Positions 53,251 through 64,000 of a stretch of DNA of 64,000 bases are shown in pieces. The notes below the pieces were generated by a model. The model did no database searches and was not told where the DNA came from. It saw only the letters and a program-made list of their open reading frames with translations. The position numbers and the translations under genes are program-made. Position 1 is the stretch's first letter, and every line of letters begins with the position of its first letter. The stretch is from the human T2T-CHM13v2.0 reference genome, Homo sapiens: assembly GCF_009914755.1 (NCBI RefSeq), contig NC_060933.1; one strand, given 5' to 3'.

Positions 53251-53504
53251 TATAAACTATGCTGCTCTCTGAAGTAAAGAGCCTTTAAAGCAGGTATATG
53301 GACTCAGGCAAGAAGGAAAAAAAAAATACTGGGTACGTTTAATATTCTATGTGTGACTTTGAGATCTCCAGAAATTTGCCAGTATATCTACTTCTAATAT
53401 TCCTTCAAGAAAGTTGATAATACCTTGATAGTCATTACTGAGGTAAATTAAATTTCAGGTTAAAGTATATCTGGAATTTTCAGTACCTATTTTATTTCAT
53501 ATAC

Positions 53505-53619
53505 TTTATCTTTCTTTCTTTCTCTTTCTTTCCTTCCTTCCTTCCTTCCTTCCTCTCTTTCTTTCTTTCTCTCTCTCTCTCCTTCCTTCCTTCCCTCTTT
53601 CTTTCCTTCCTTCCTTCCT

Positions 53620-53675
<56 letters not shown>

Positions 53676-53701
53676 TTTCTTTCTTTCTTTCTTTCTTTTT
53701 T
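53505..53701. repeat. ~195-bp polypyrimidine compound microsatellite (TTTC)n/(TTCC)n/(TC)n, expanded Alu tail
   Basis: Seen directly, contiguous with the antisense Alu. It explains the KKER/EGRK ORF 53487-53828. Confidence 0.95.
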
Positions 53702-53992
53702 GACAGAGTCTTGCTTTGTTGCCCATGGTGGAGTGCAGTGGCATGATCTTGGCTATATGCAACCTCAAACTCCCAGGCTCAAGCCATCCTCCCACCTCAG
53801 CCTCCCAAGTAACTAGGACTATAAGCATGTGCCACTATGCCTGGATAATTTTTGTATTTTTAGTAGAGAGGGGGTTTTGCCATGTTTCCCAGGCTGGTCT
53901 CGAACTCATGAGCTCAAGTGATCCATCCACCTGCCTCCTGCCTCGGCCTCCCAAAGTTCTGGGATCACAGGCAGGAGTCACTGTGCCCGGCC
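53700..53992 (-). mobile_element. AluJ
   Basis: J-type ccaggctcaagccatcctcccacctcagcc. Ends ctgtgcccggcc. Confidence 0.92.
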
Positions 53993-54384
53993 TATACATG
54001 GTATTTTTTTCTAATTCATTTTATTAAATGCACTATAGTAAAAATGTTCATAAGAATTTAAAGATGCCTGATTATTGAATGTGAAATGTGCTATAGAAAT
54101 TAGAATTTTAAAGATGATATTTAGAATCATCTGTTAAGTCCTTTGATTTAGGACCTGTACATATTCCCTGAAAATTAGTTTTGTGAAATCTCTTCAATTC
54201 AAGAGATAGATGATCAACTTAAACCACTATGTCAATATTTTAAAAAGTAAAGGACTCATTAAGACATATTTTTCTATTTTTCTGTACTGAAAAAATGTAA
54301 TCAAACTTTGGTGATTTGGACCTGTCAATTCATCTAAGAAAAATAATATTTCCAAAGCCAACTTAATTTTTCAAAAAAATGTGA

Positions 54385-54555
54385 TTTCTAGTTTCATTTT
54401 GTCAATTTTCTCATCTGTAATAATGTATATGTCAATAGTAAATACCTTACAGAATTGTTGTGAACACCAATGACAGACTGAATGTAAAGCAGATATCAGA
54501 GTGCCCAATACATAGTAAGTCTTAAATAAATGGGTTATTCTTATTGTTGTAAGTA
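54385..54555 (+). mobile_element. MIR 3' part
   Basis: tcaattttctcatctgtaataatg...ccttacagaattgttgtgaa...agagtgcccaatacatagtaagtcttaaataaatg. Confidence 0.7.
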
Positions 54556-54600
54556 TTGGCATAAATAAGAAGTATTACAGTGTGGATGGAAATTGTATCT

Positions 54601-54634
54601 ATTTCTTCTTGGTCTTTTGGGTAAGATCAAGTGT
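54601..54634 (+). pseudogene. U2 snRNA 5'-fragment retropseudogene (tailless)
   Basis: atttcttcttggtcttttgggtaagatcaagtgt matches U2 nt 1-34 (ATCGCTTCTCGGCCTTTTGGCTAAGATCAAGTGT) at 29/34. TSD GGAAATTG(T/C)ATCT at 54588-54600 and 54635-54647. Confidence 0.88.
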
Positions 54635-54714
54635 GGAAATTGCATCTACACAACTAGTTCAGTTCTGTAATTATATATGTAATCTGTAATTGTTTCAGTA
54701 AAGGAAGAACGGAG

Positions 54715-55242
54715 TGTCAAAGATAAACAAAACTGGACACTAAAGTAATAGTAATAACTATTTTAATTAGTAATAACTAATGCAATAGGCAAAAATAGTT
54801 CAGCATGAACTAAACTCACCTTTGATTGGTACAGGAATGAATGGGTGTTTTAAAGAGAGAATGGAAGAAGACAGAGGATTGGTGAGTTGGGGCTCAGTGA
54901 AATGAAAAATTATGAAAGGGTTAGTAAATCCTAATGTGATTAGCCAGCTGTGCCTGCTACCTAGCAATTATCAATGATAGGATTCCATCCTTCCACAGAG
55001 ACTGGAAGATGAGGCCCTAGCCTCAGATGTTGGCAGAAACAAGCAGTAAATTATTTTGACAGCCTTGAGTTTTCTCAGGCAATTCAAGGAGAGTAGGATT
55101 GTTATAAGTATGTGGCCTTGAATTGTTAAAAACTATGTTCGTGTTTTTTTTCAAGTCTTTAAGGGGCCAAGGTTGAGAATTAGTTGAGAAGAGGACTCAG
55201 AGAAGACTGACTAGGATTTTGTCCAAAAGAGAATTTTTGTCA
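54715..55242 (-). mobile_element. Solo ERV1 LTR, MER67-like
   Basis: TGTCAAAGATAAACAAAACTGGACACTA...TTTTTGTCA with TG...CA termini. TSD-like ggag/gggg. Confidence 0.7.
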
Positions 55243-56479
55243 GGGGTCATCAACAGAAACAGGAGAGAAAAATATCTGAATAATTGCTTTTGAATATTAG
55301 TTCCTTTCCTAACTAGACCCATTTAGTTAATTTAAATTTAGTCCTTTAAATTTAATTATCATGGAGTTTATTATAAATTTAAATTACATGTGAGGGATTG
55401 CTTTTTAGACTATGAAAAATATCTAAAATATAATTTTACGTTATAAAATTTGAACTTCAAATAGTTGAATTTGAACTCACTGTGCTAGGCAAATTACATA
55501 AAGACCTTCCTTCCACATATCATTTTCCAACTAAATCTAATATCTCAAGCCTCATGAATCTTGGCCTTTATATAAACTGTCATTTAGCATCCGTACATAA
55601 AATTTTTATTATCAGTAATGTCATACCAAACTAATAAAAGAGTATGATTTACTCTCATTTCCTTCCAACTAAGAAAATTTTGTTGTGCACAGTATAAAAG
55701 ATTTCAGAAAACCTTCAAAGAAAAGCAAAATATTTCAACTGATTTCTCTTTGGCTCCATTATCTTCACCTGACTTTCTTCGCTCCTGCTTTAAATCTCTA
55801 TACATTCTCATCAGTCCTCCTTGAAATTCTCTAGTGATTAGTCAATCACATCTGAAATTTAGAAAGTGTCTATTTACCTACCTTGACTCTTTCTACAAGT
55901 TCAAAGCTATTTATTTATTTTACTGCACTTTGGCTATGTTCTTTTCTTATTTTCTAAAAATATCCACTTCCGTAGAATAAAAATTTACCTCCCTACTGTG
56001 TTAGTCAGCAGTTGACAACTTGCTAGTCCCAAGATTAATGTTTTCAAAATTAAAGTGGGCAATTCTATATTCCTTATCTCCTTGGAAGATGTCTTTCATG
56101 TGGGAAATATTATTAAATAGACAATATCTGTTTTAGGCAGCCAGTCTTTCAACTTCGATTTCATAATCTTCCTTTGTTTTTGACACCCCATAATAGTCAC
56201 CCCTTTCCTCCTCCGTAAACTGTGGTAAATCCATATTTTAGCTATTAGCCAACTGTATTGGTTGATCCCTCTTAATGTTATTCACAAATAAACGGAGAAC
56301 ACAGACATTTTCTATTGAATCAAAAACTAAAGGAAAGTGTGTAATTTCAGGAAATGTGTATTATTGTAGGGAAGATATTGGGGAGGGCTTAATAGATAAA
56401 ACATCCATCCTCTTCTAATGGCTAAAGTCTTTACCTAAAAATACAGATCTCGTTTACACTAACACTGTCGATATCGTAA

Positions 56480-56720
56480 TATACTGGGCTTGGTCATCAC
56501 GAAAGATCTGGGTTCATTTCCAGGTTATCCACTTAAATGAATAAACTTAAGCATGCCCTACTTTTTATGTAGATATTATTTCTCTTCTTCATAATTTCAG
56601 TAAGCAATTAAATGAGATAATAAATATTATATGCTCAAGATTGTGTTGTTACAATGTATGATGAATAAATAGCAGCCAATTTAAAGACACTAATAATGGA
56701 ATAATGATGTGATGGTGATG
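56480..56720 (+). mobile_element. MIR fragment
   Basis: gatctgggttcatttccagg...attaaatgagataataaatatt. Confidence 0.5.
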
Positions 56721-57489
56721 ATAATGATAATTATGATGGAATTCTTCTTTTAATCACTTCCTATTCTCTTCCTTTCCTATTTGACTATAATCAGATAAGA
56801 TGTTGCCTTGAATATCTGCACATTAACTTTACTATAATTTCTATTAGTCTATTTCATCTAAATTACTCATATCCCACTTTTTCTTTTCTATTTTAATATG
56901 TTATTTATATTTACAGAGGCTCCATCAAATCTTTGGAGGAATGAGACAGTAATACAAAACGATATGTATATGTGCATATATATGTGTGTGAGTATAAATG
57001 TATATGTAAAATATTTACGCATATATATTTATATACAATGGAATTATATGTAAATAAAAGAGCATCAATTTGTAGTGTCATTATGCTTTTATGCACTGGC
57101 ATAATATACAATATAATATAATATAAAATAGATGTTTCACTAATATATTAAATATGTATTTAATTTGTTATGTAACATACTGTAATTACTAGATATTTTA
57201 TTGCCCTTGAAAGCACAAGTCATTGAAAACCTGTGTCTATTTTTCTGTCTTCTAACTGGCCTATATACCTAACCTTTAGATGTAGATTATTATAAAAAAT
57301 TGCTATTTGATAGATTCTTACAACTTTATGACTGGAATATGTTAGAACATCCACTCCAATGTTTTACCCAAAACAAGAGATTTTTTTTTAGAAAATTACC
57401 ATTATTACAATACCCAGGCTTTCCTCAAGAAAAATTACAGTTTACTTCCTCAAGAAGCGGTCCCCAACTTTATTGTTCTGATTACTGAA

Positions 57490-57830
57490 AAATACTTCCA
57501 CTTCTTAGGTATAAAATCTGCTTCCCTTGGACCACCCAATGTAAGGCATTAGTTCTGCTCCCTAGAGCTCCTCAGTACAAGTCTAATCCATCTTCCACAT
57601 GACAGCCTTCACATATTTGAAGACAGCCTGCACTGCCCCGCTAAGTCCTTAATCTATATATTCCTGTGGTTCAACTATATTTTTGTCAACTCCAATTATT
57701 CTTTCTCACCTTCCTATGAGGTTATTTTTTGTCTTGCTTTGGTTTTAGTTTGTCAGTGTTGGTTTCAAGACATTCTTTTCTTAAAATGATCACTCTTCAA
57801 ATGAATGAGCATAATATCAAATAGAAATTA
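57490..57830 (-). mobile_element. L3/CR1 LINE relic
   Basis: aagtctaatccatcttccacatgacagccttcacatatttgaagacagc is typical antisense L3 3' ORF sequence. Confidence 0.6.
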
Positions 57831-57872
57831 CAAAAACAGTTGAGAAATAATTTTTAAAAATGCACTTCCAGG

Positions 57873-60339
57873 TGCTTCAGTTATCAGTTGTTGTATCACA
57901 AACTTTATGGTGTAAACCAACAATCAGTTTATTAAGTTTATGAATTCTGTGAGTGAGAAGTTCAGACAGATACGTATAGTAGAAACAGCTTATTCTCTGC
58001 TTCATGATTCCGGAAGCTTCCTTCATCTGAGAATATTGAAACAGCTGAGATAACTCAAATGTTTAGGTCCTGAAATCATCTGGAGGTTTCTTCACTAACA
58101 TGCCTGGGTCTAGGTGGAGATTCCTTAAATGCTGATCTCAGCTTAGGCTGTAGAATGGCGCACCTATGTGTGATCTCTCCACATGGCTTGGGTTTTTCAG
58201 AGCCTGAGAAACTGGGTTCTGAAAGTGAGTGTGCAGAGAGAGCGCTCAAAGAACAAGGTAGAAGCTGAACAGCTTCTTCTGTCCTAGCCTCAGAAGACAC
58301 CTAGAGTCACTTTAACTATGTTCTCTTAATTGTAAGTGAGTTTTTAAGTTAGCTCAGCTACAAGTGAAGGGTAATTGGACTTCTCCTCAATAGTGGAGTG
58401 GCAAGACTACGTGGCAGAGGAACATGTGGGATAGGGGATATTATTAGCATAATCTTTGGAAAACACAACCTGTCCCAGCCTGTCCTCTGCCTACAACTCG
58501 CATCCTTCCACATGCAAAATAAACTCACTAACTTCAGAAGGCCTGAAAAGTCTAATCTCATACAGCAGTAGATTAAAGTCTAGGATTTCATCATCTAAAT
58601 CAGAGACAGGTACAGATGAGTCTCTTTTTGTTCAGTTTTTCTCATGTGTCTTATCTCCATCCACATGCTTGTAAACTAGAGACAAGTTATCTTCCTCCAA
58701 CAAACAAAATATATGATATGAATTAAGTCTGGAATCGTTACATACATATTCCCACTGAAGGAGGGGAAATGGAAGGTTCACAGCTCACTGCTCTACAGCA
58801 ATTCTGCAGTCTTTCTCGGGACATGTTGCCAGTTCCAAAGGACTCTTCATTTTGAACTGCGTTTGTCATTTTCAGTCCAACCCGATAACTTTTTTTAAAG
58901 TTCTGAGTGTCTTATATATCAATTTATAATACACTCCAGTAAATGAAAGCCATAACCACAGATCTTTTTTGCAATAAGCTCTCTCAGACTTGGGCTTCCT
59001 GTGAGGCAATCATGGGACCCTCACAGGATTATCGAATATTCTTTAAGGTTATTAGACTATTCTTTAAGAGAGAGGGTCTCTGAAACACACCGAAGGAACT
59101 TAGATGGCCTTTTGCCTCTCTGAAAGAGACCATGAGGCATCACTTAAAATTTTTTGGAAGATTTAATAAAGAGATTTTCAATCACACCCATGGTTTATCT
59201 TTATTCTGAGACCACAGACTCCTGACAATGTTGTTGATCTGATATTTTCCCTGAGCCCCTTTACTCTTTTGAAAATCCTTTACATACTGAAAAGAATGGG
59301 AATGAAAAATAGTCATATTTCCAAACTTCAGCAAGTCTTGTCTTCATGTTTTCTCTGAAGTTTGCTTTAAAAATGAACAATAACTTTTCAGCTGATTTTT
59401 TTTCTATTTTTATCTTATACACAGCTAAAAGAAAGATGCTGGCATTTTTAAAATTCAGCCTAGAAATCTCCTTAGCAAATTCAAATAGTTTATTAGCTAT
59501 ATTTTTATTTTTCCTGTTACCACAGGTTATAGCACTGCCAAATTTCCTGTCGCTATATAATAAGGGTCCTCTTCCAGCTGAATAACATTTATTTTCTACT
59601 TTCTTTGAATCCCCTACTGACAGCCATTTCAAGGTCTTTCAGGCTTATGCTTGTGACCAAGTCTCCGAACCAATGCCTGATGTTTTCAGTTTTGTTTATT
59701 GATACTGTAGTTTGAGATACTAAATTCTATTCTCATTATCACTTGCTCCACAGCAAAGTACCCCAACTTAGTGGTATAAAACAACAAAAAAATTATATCA
59801 TGCTTACTGATTATGTAATTAGGAATGTGGACAGACACAGGAGAAGATCGCTTGCTCTCCTTCACTATGTCTAGGGACCCAGTTAGGAAAAATCAATCAG
59901 TCAGAGATGACCTAAATGGCTACGGGCTACAATTGTTGAAAGCTTTCCATGCAAGAGTCTGGCTGATAGGCTGGGATGACCAAAAGGTTGGGCTCAGCTG
60001 AACACTGTGCACTGGAGCACCTCCACATGGCCGCACACGTGGCTTGAGTTCTCACTGCACAGCAGCTGAGTTTTGAGATGGTTACCAGAGAGAGAGCATA
60101 GAGACAGCAGGTGGTTTAAGAGACCAAGGCAGATGCAGAACTCCCACTGACCTAGTCTGTGTCACTTCAGCCTCATTCTGCTTATTCTGCTAATTACAAG
60201 TAGGTCACTAGAGCCAACCCGGATTCAAGGGTTGGATTTAGACTCCACTTTTTAGATGAATAGAAAGCTCATACTACAAAGGAGTTCATGAGGTGATAGA
60301 TGTTATTATAGCCATATTTGTAAAATAAAATTTGTCATA
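57873..60339 (-). mobile_element. MLT1G/H-type MaLR provirus: LTR ~59727-60339, internal ~58475-59726, LTR ~57873-58474
   Basis: Two diverged LTR copies share motifs (aaacaacaa, ctccacatggc, agagagagc, tttg(g/t)aaaa(c/t)a). The internal part encodes MaLR-like remnants (ORF 59261-59632 ...LFEFAKEISRLNFKNASIFLLAVY). Confidence 0.75.
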
Positions 60340-60482
60340 GTTGGCAATTATTAACATGTGACTTATCTCCAAGCCTAGATACTGTGTATTATTTTGAGAA
60401 AAAAAAGTCTCTATTTTCAATTGATTTCACTAGGAAATTGTTCTTGAATGTACCTTGGAATGTGAAATAGTATTCACACTAT

Positions 60483-60796
60483 ATTTTTCTTTCTTTTTTC
60501 TTTGAGACAGGGTCTCATTTTGTCACCAAGGCTGGAGTGCAATGGTGCATTGGCACAATCACAGTTGACTGCAGCCTTGACCTCCTGGGCTCAAGCAATC
60601 TTCCCACCTTAGCCTCCTGAGCAGCTGGGACTGGGACTATAGGCACACCCTACCATGCCTGGCTATTTTGTGTAAGTGTGTGGAAATGGCCTCTGACTAC
60701 ATTGCCCAGCCTGGTCTTAAACTCCTGAGCTAAAGCATCCTCCCACCTTGGCCTTCCAAAGTGATGGGATTACAGATGTGAACAACTGCACCCAGC
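60483..60796 (-). mobile_element. AluJ
   Basis: gagacagggtctc...gcagccttgacctcctgggctcaagcaatc...cacccagc. Confidence 0.9.
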
Positions 60797-62292
60797 TCTT
60801 AAACAAGCTTATGAATCAAGAACCACGTTCCATAAAGAAAGTATTAAGGACCCTATTGCTTGTTATCTGATGAACAAAAATCATTTCCACACAACTCTTG
60901 ATCCAATTTTTCTACATTAAATTCCTTCCAAATGGATTTGGTAAGCAATGTAAACCCTGGCCAAATTTTGAGGTAGGCGGTTTGTTTTTAATGCTGTCTA
61001 CCTTTTGTGAAGGAGCAAGTGACATAAAGGTAACTAGATAACTTGTGCAGAGTAAAGACAAAAGTGAAGGAAATTATTAGCATCCTGCCTGTTTTGGATC
61101 ATAGAGGACACTTCGTCAATTGGTGCAAGGCATAAATCTGTGTAAGTAATTCCATAATATGGTCAGTTTACTAATGTGGCCAAAACACCCATGTGATTGA
61201 AAAGCCCTAAGTGTCCAGAATACTACCTGACCAGAACCCAGTTATGCAACCCCTCATCTTCAACCTCACCTCTTCTACTGCTCCTAAGACAACTATTAAA
61301 ATGTATGGATACCTCCAATCAGTACAGTAAGTACTGTTACTCCATATGGTTCACTCATTTCAGCTACCCAGGTACTATTCCATGGGTCTTCATTATAAAA
61401 GCATGTTTACCAACTCCTTTAGTCTTTATGATTTCCCTACACCTCTGTTATACTTGCCTGGAAAAACCCTGATTATAATTAAAGATAACTATCTTCCTTC
61501 TCTGTGTCTGCAACTTAACAGGTTAATATTGCTGAGAGAAACCCGTAGATATTTCCTGAAACAATATTGCATGTCCCGAAGAGATTTGTTTGATTGATAT
61601 CATGGTTGTAACTATAAGCCACAGGTTTCAACCTTCAGTTAATGAAAGAACATAGAGGAAAACTTTGAGTAAATCAGGTGGTGACAGAAGTGCTTTGATA
61701 ATGTTGAGCTATGTGCTAGCGATTAACCTTTGTTTAGAAAGCTAAGGAAGGAAATACTATATTAACATATGCCTTGCTGAAAATGTTTGGTTAAAGCTTC
61801 AAATTTGTAACTTGTCATAATAAAGTTCAGGTGTTACCTGTCTGTTTACCAAAGGAGACAAAGAGCTTTCTCCCTCAAATTTTAAAATTTTTAAACATTG
61901 TTAGAATTGTTGGCTTCTAATATATGAGTGTTTATAATAGAAATACTTGTCAGACTGTTTTAGAAAAACTTGTGGTTCACCCAGAGTTTTAAAAATATTT
62001 GGCACAGGACTATGGTTTTCCTGATAATAGTCGGCCACTATGACCTGGCTGATATAGTTTAAAAGACTTAGCATTTTAAAATAGGTTAGGATCATATCTA
62101 AAGACAATTTTTCTTGCAAAAAGAAGTATAGTTTGCATTTACCCTAGGAAATAACCTAACAGTTGTCCTCTTAATCTACTTCTCAGTAGCACTCAGACTG
62201 ACCAATGCCCCCATACTGAAATATTTTATTAATTTTGCTTTGATGTCACCATATTTTACTGGGTATATCAGATCTTTTAGTGTGTGTATGGG

Positions 62293-62989
62293 TGTTGTGG
62301 TTTCAATGTATCCCCCAAAGTTTTTGGGTTGAAAATGTAATTCTCAATGCAACAGTGTTGGAAGTTGGATCCTAATAAGAGATAATTAGGCCTATAATCC
62401 CAGCACTGTGGGAGGCTAAGGAGGGTGGATCACTTGAGGTCAGGATTTCCAGACCAGCCTGGCCAACATGGTGAAACCCCATCTCTACAAAAAAAATAAA
62501 AAAATTAGCCAGGCGTGGTGGTGCACGCCTGTAGTCCCAGCTACTTGGGAGGCTGAGGCAGGAGAATTGTTTGAACTCGGGAAGTGAAGGCTTCAGTGAA
62601 CCAAGATCACAACACTGCACTCCAGCCTAGGCAAGAGAGCAAAACTCTCTGTCAAAAAAAAAGAAAAAAAAAAGAGAGAGAGATAATCAGGTCATGACAG
62701 CTCTGCCTTCATAAATATATTAATGTCATTATGAGGAGATTGGGTTAGTTATCACAAGATTGGACTTATTATAAAGGGGGCTTGGCACTCTCTTGCCCTC
62801 TTTTGCCATGTTGTCATGTGATGCCTTCCAGTGTGGGATGATGCACCAACAATGCCCTCACTAGATGTGGCCCCTTGATCTGATGCTGAACTTCCCAGAC
62901 TTCAGAATTATAAGCCAAATAAACTACTATTGTTTAAAAATTACCCAGTCTCAGGTATTCTGCATAGCAACATAAGATAGATGAATATA
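62293..62989 (+). mobile_element. MSTB-like MaLR solo LTR, interrupted by Alu
   Basis: tgttgtggtttcaatgtatcccccaaag...caatgcaacagtgttgg...taagccaaataaact...aattacccagtctcaggtattctg. Confidence 0.85.
62390..62678 (+). mobile_element. AluS, 5'-truncated by ~20 nt
   Basis: Starts at (g)cctataatcccagcac. TSD AGAGATAAT(T/C)AGG at 62378-62390 and 62679-62691. Confidence 0.93.
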
Positions 62990-63648
62990 ATATATACTTA
63001 ACATATCAATATATTTTAACCTTAATCTGTCAACCTAGTGTCTGTATCTTTAGAAGATTAAAGTGTACACATCCTAAAATTAAATGACCTAGGGTATAAC
63101 TGGTTTATTAAAAGAGCTGGATTCAGTGAGTTCAAGAAAAAAGCAATTTCACTCACTCTCATCTCTACACTTTTAAACTGCTCTGTTGAATTGTTCTTCC
63201 TCATCCTTGTATAAAATAGATCCCAAAGTTTTTATAATCACATTCCAGTATTTAAAAGTCATCTCTGGTCTAATGGCAAAACTTTATCGTATCCTTTGAT
63301 TCAAAGCTATTTTTTTTCCAGGCAGCTTTGACCTGAATACGTCAAAGAAACTTTCATGTACTTCATATTTAGCTTCTTTCTTCTTCTGTTTGCTTTATCT
63401 CCTGCATTCTAGGGGATGATTACGTCTATTCTGACTTAGGGGAAAGAGGTAGGTTATAGGAAATAAGCATACTGTTACGTGGCCAGCATAACTGTAACAT
63501 GACATCAGGACCACCTTTATGTCTAATGCTTAAATAGTAGCAGTTCTGCCTACCAAAGATAATTTGGGAGTTCTCCAAGATAACTATCATCAGAGACAAC
63601 ATTTTCTGTAGTTCCCCGATGAAGAGGAGGCTTCTGTTGATTAGACTT

Positions 63649-64000
63649 TGTGTTCGACTGTTCTTGTCAAGCCACACAGAAATATCTGAGGCTGAGTAAT
63701 TTATATGAAAAGGTTTAATTGGCTTACGGTTATACCGGCTGTATGGGAAGCATAGTGCCAGTGTCAATTTCTGGGGAGGCCTAAGGAAGCCTATAATCAT
63801 GATGAAAGTGAAGGAGGAGCAGGTATATCACATGTCAGGAGCAGGAGCAAGTCAGTGGTTGGAGGTGCCCCACACTTTTTAACAACCAGATCTTGTGTGT
63901 GAACTCAGAGCAAGAGCTTACTTATCACCAGGGAGATGGTGCTAAGCCATTCACGAGGGATTTCCCCCATGCCCCAAATACCTCCCACTAGGCCCCACAT
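63649..64000 (-). mobile_element. MSTA/MSTB-like MaLR LTR (runs off the window end)
   Basis: gaaatatctgaggctgagtaattt...aggtttaattggcttacggtt...gctaagccattcacgaggga...cctcccactaggcccc. Confidence 0.88.

Noticed and set aside
53487-54027. K/E/R-rich and Alu-like ORFs (also 29341, 36248, 62372, 17417)
   Set aside because: Translations of the microsatellite and of Alu elements.

Overview
AT-rich primate (almost certainly human/hominoid: AluY, HERV-H LTR7, L1PA) genomic DNA, intergenic or deep-intronic. No protein-coding gene is supported. The longer or protein-like ORFs in the track are L1, Alu, LTR or simple-repeat pieces, and the rest look like chance ORFs. The window is a layered record of transposons: a full-length dead L1PA8A-like LINE with a perfect 14-bp TSD (20087-26517), three 5'-inverted (twin-primed) L1s of different ages, ten Alu/FLAM pieces, solo ERV1 LTRs (LTR8-, MER4-group-, LTR9-, LTR7- and MER67-like), a two-LTR MLT1 MaLR provirus, MST LTRs, DNA transposons (Tigger3, MER58, MER45, MER63) and MIR/L2/L3 relics. 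The less obvious items are: (i) a frameshifted RTE-clade LINE RT/C-terminal fossil at ~470-1110 that the ORF track misses; (ii) a solo LTR7 carrying the ACAAAAGAAG block associated with pluripotency-active HERV-H; (iii) a tailless 34-nt U2 snRNA retrocopy with TSD; (iv) a ~50-bp locally templated insertion; (v) non-repeat islands with exon-like splice signals (30.4-30.75 kb, 40.2-41.3 kb) that may be lncRNA exons. I cannot support a new biological system from the sequence alone. Subfamily names come from recalled consensus sequences, and the boundaries of old repeats are approximate.
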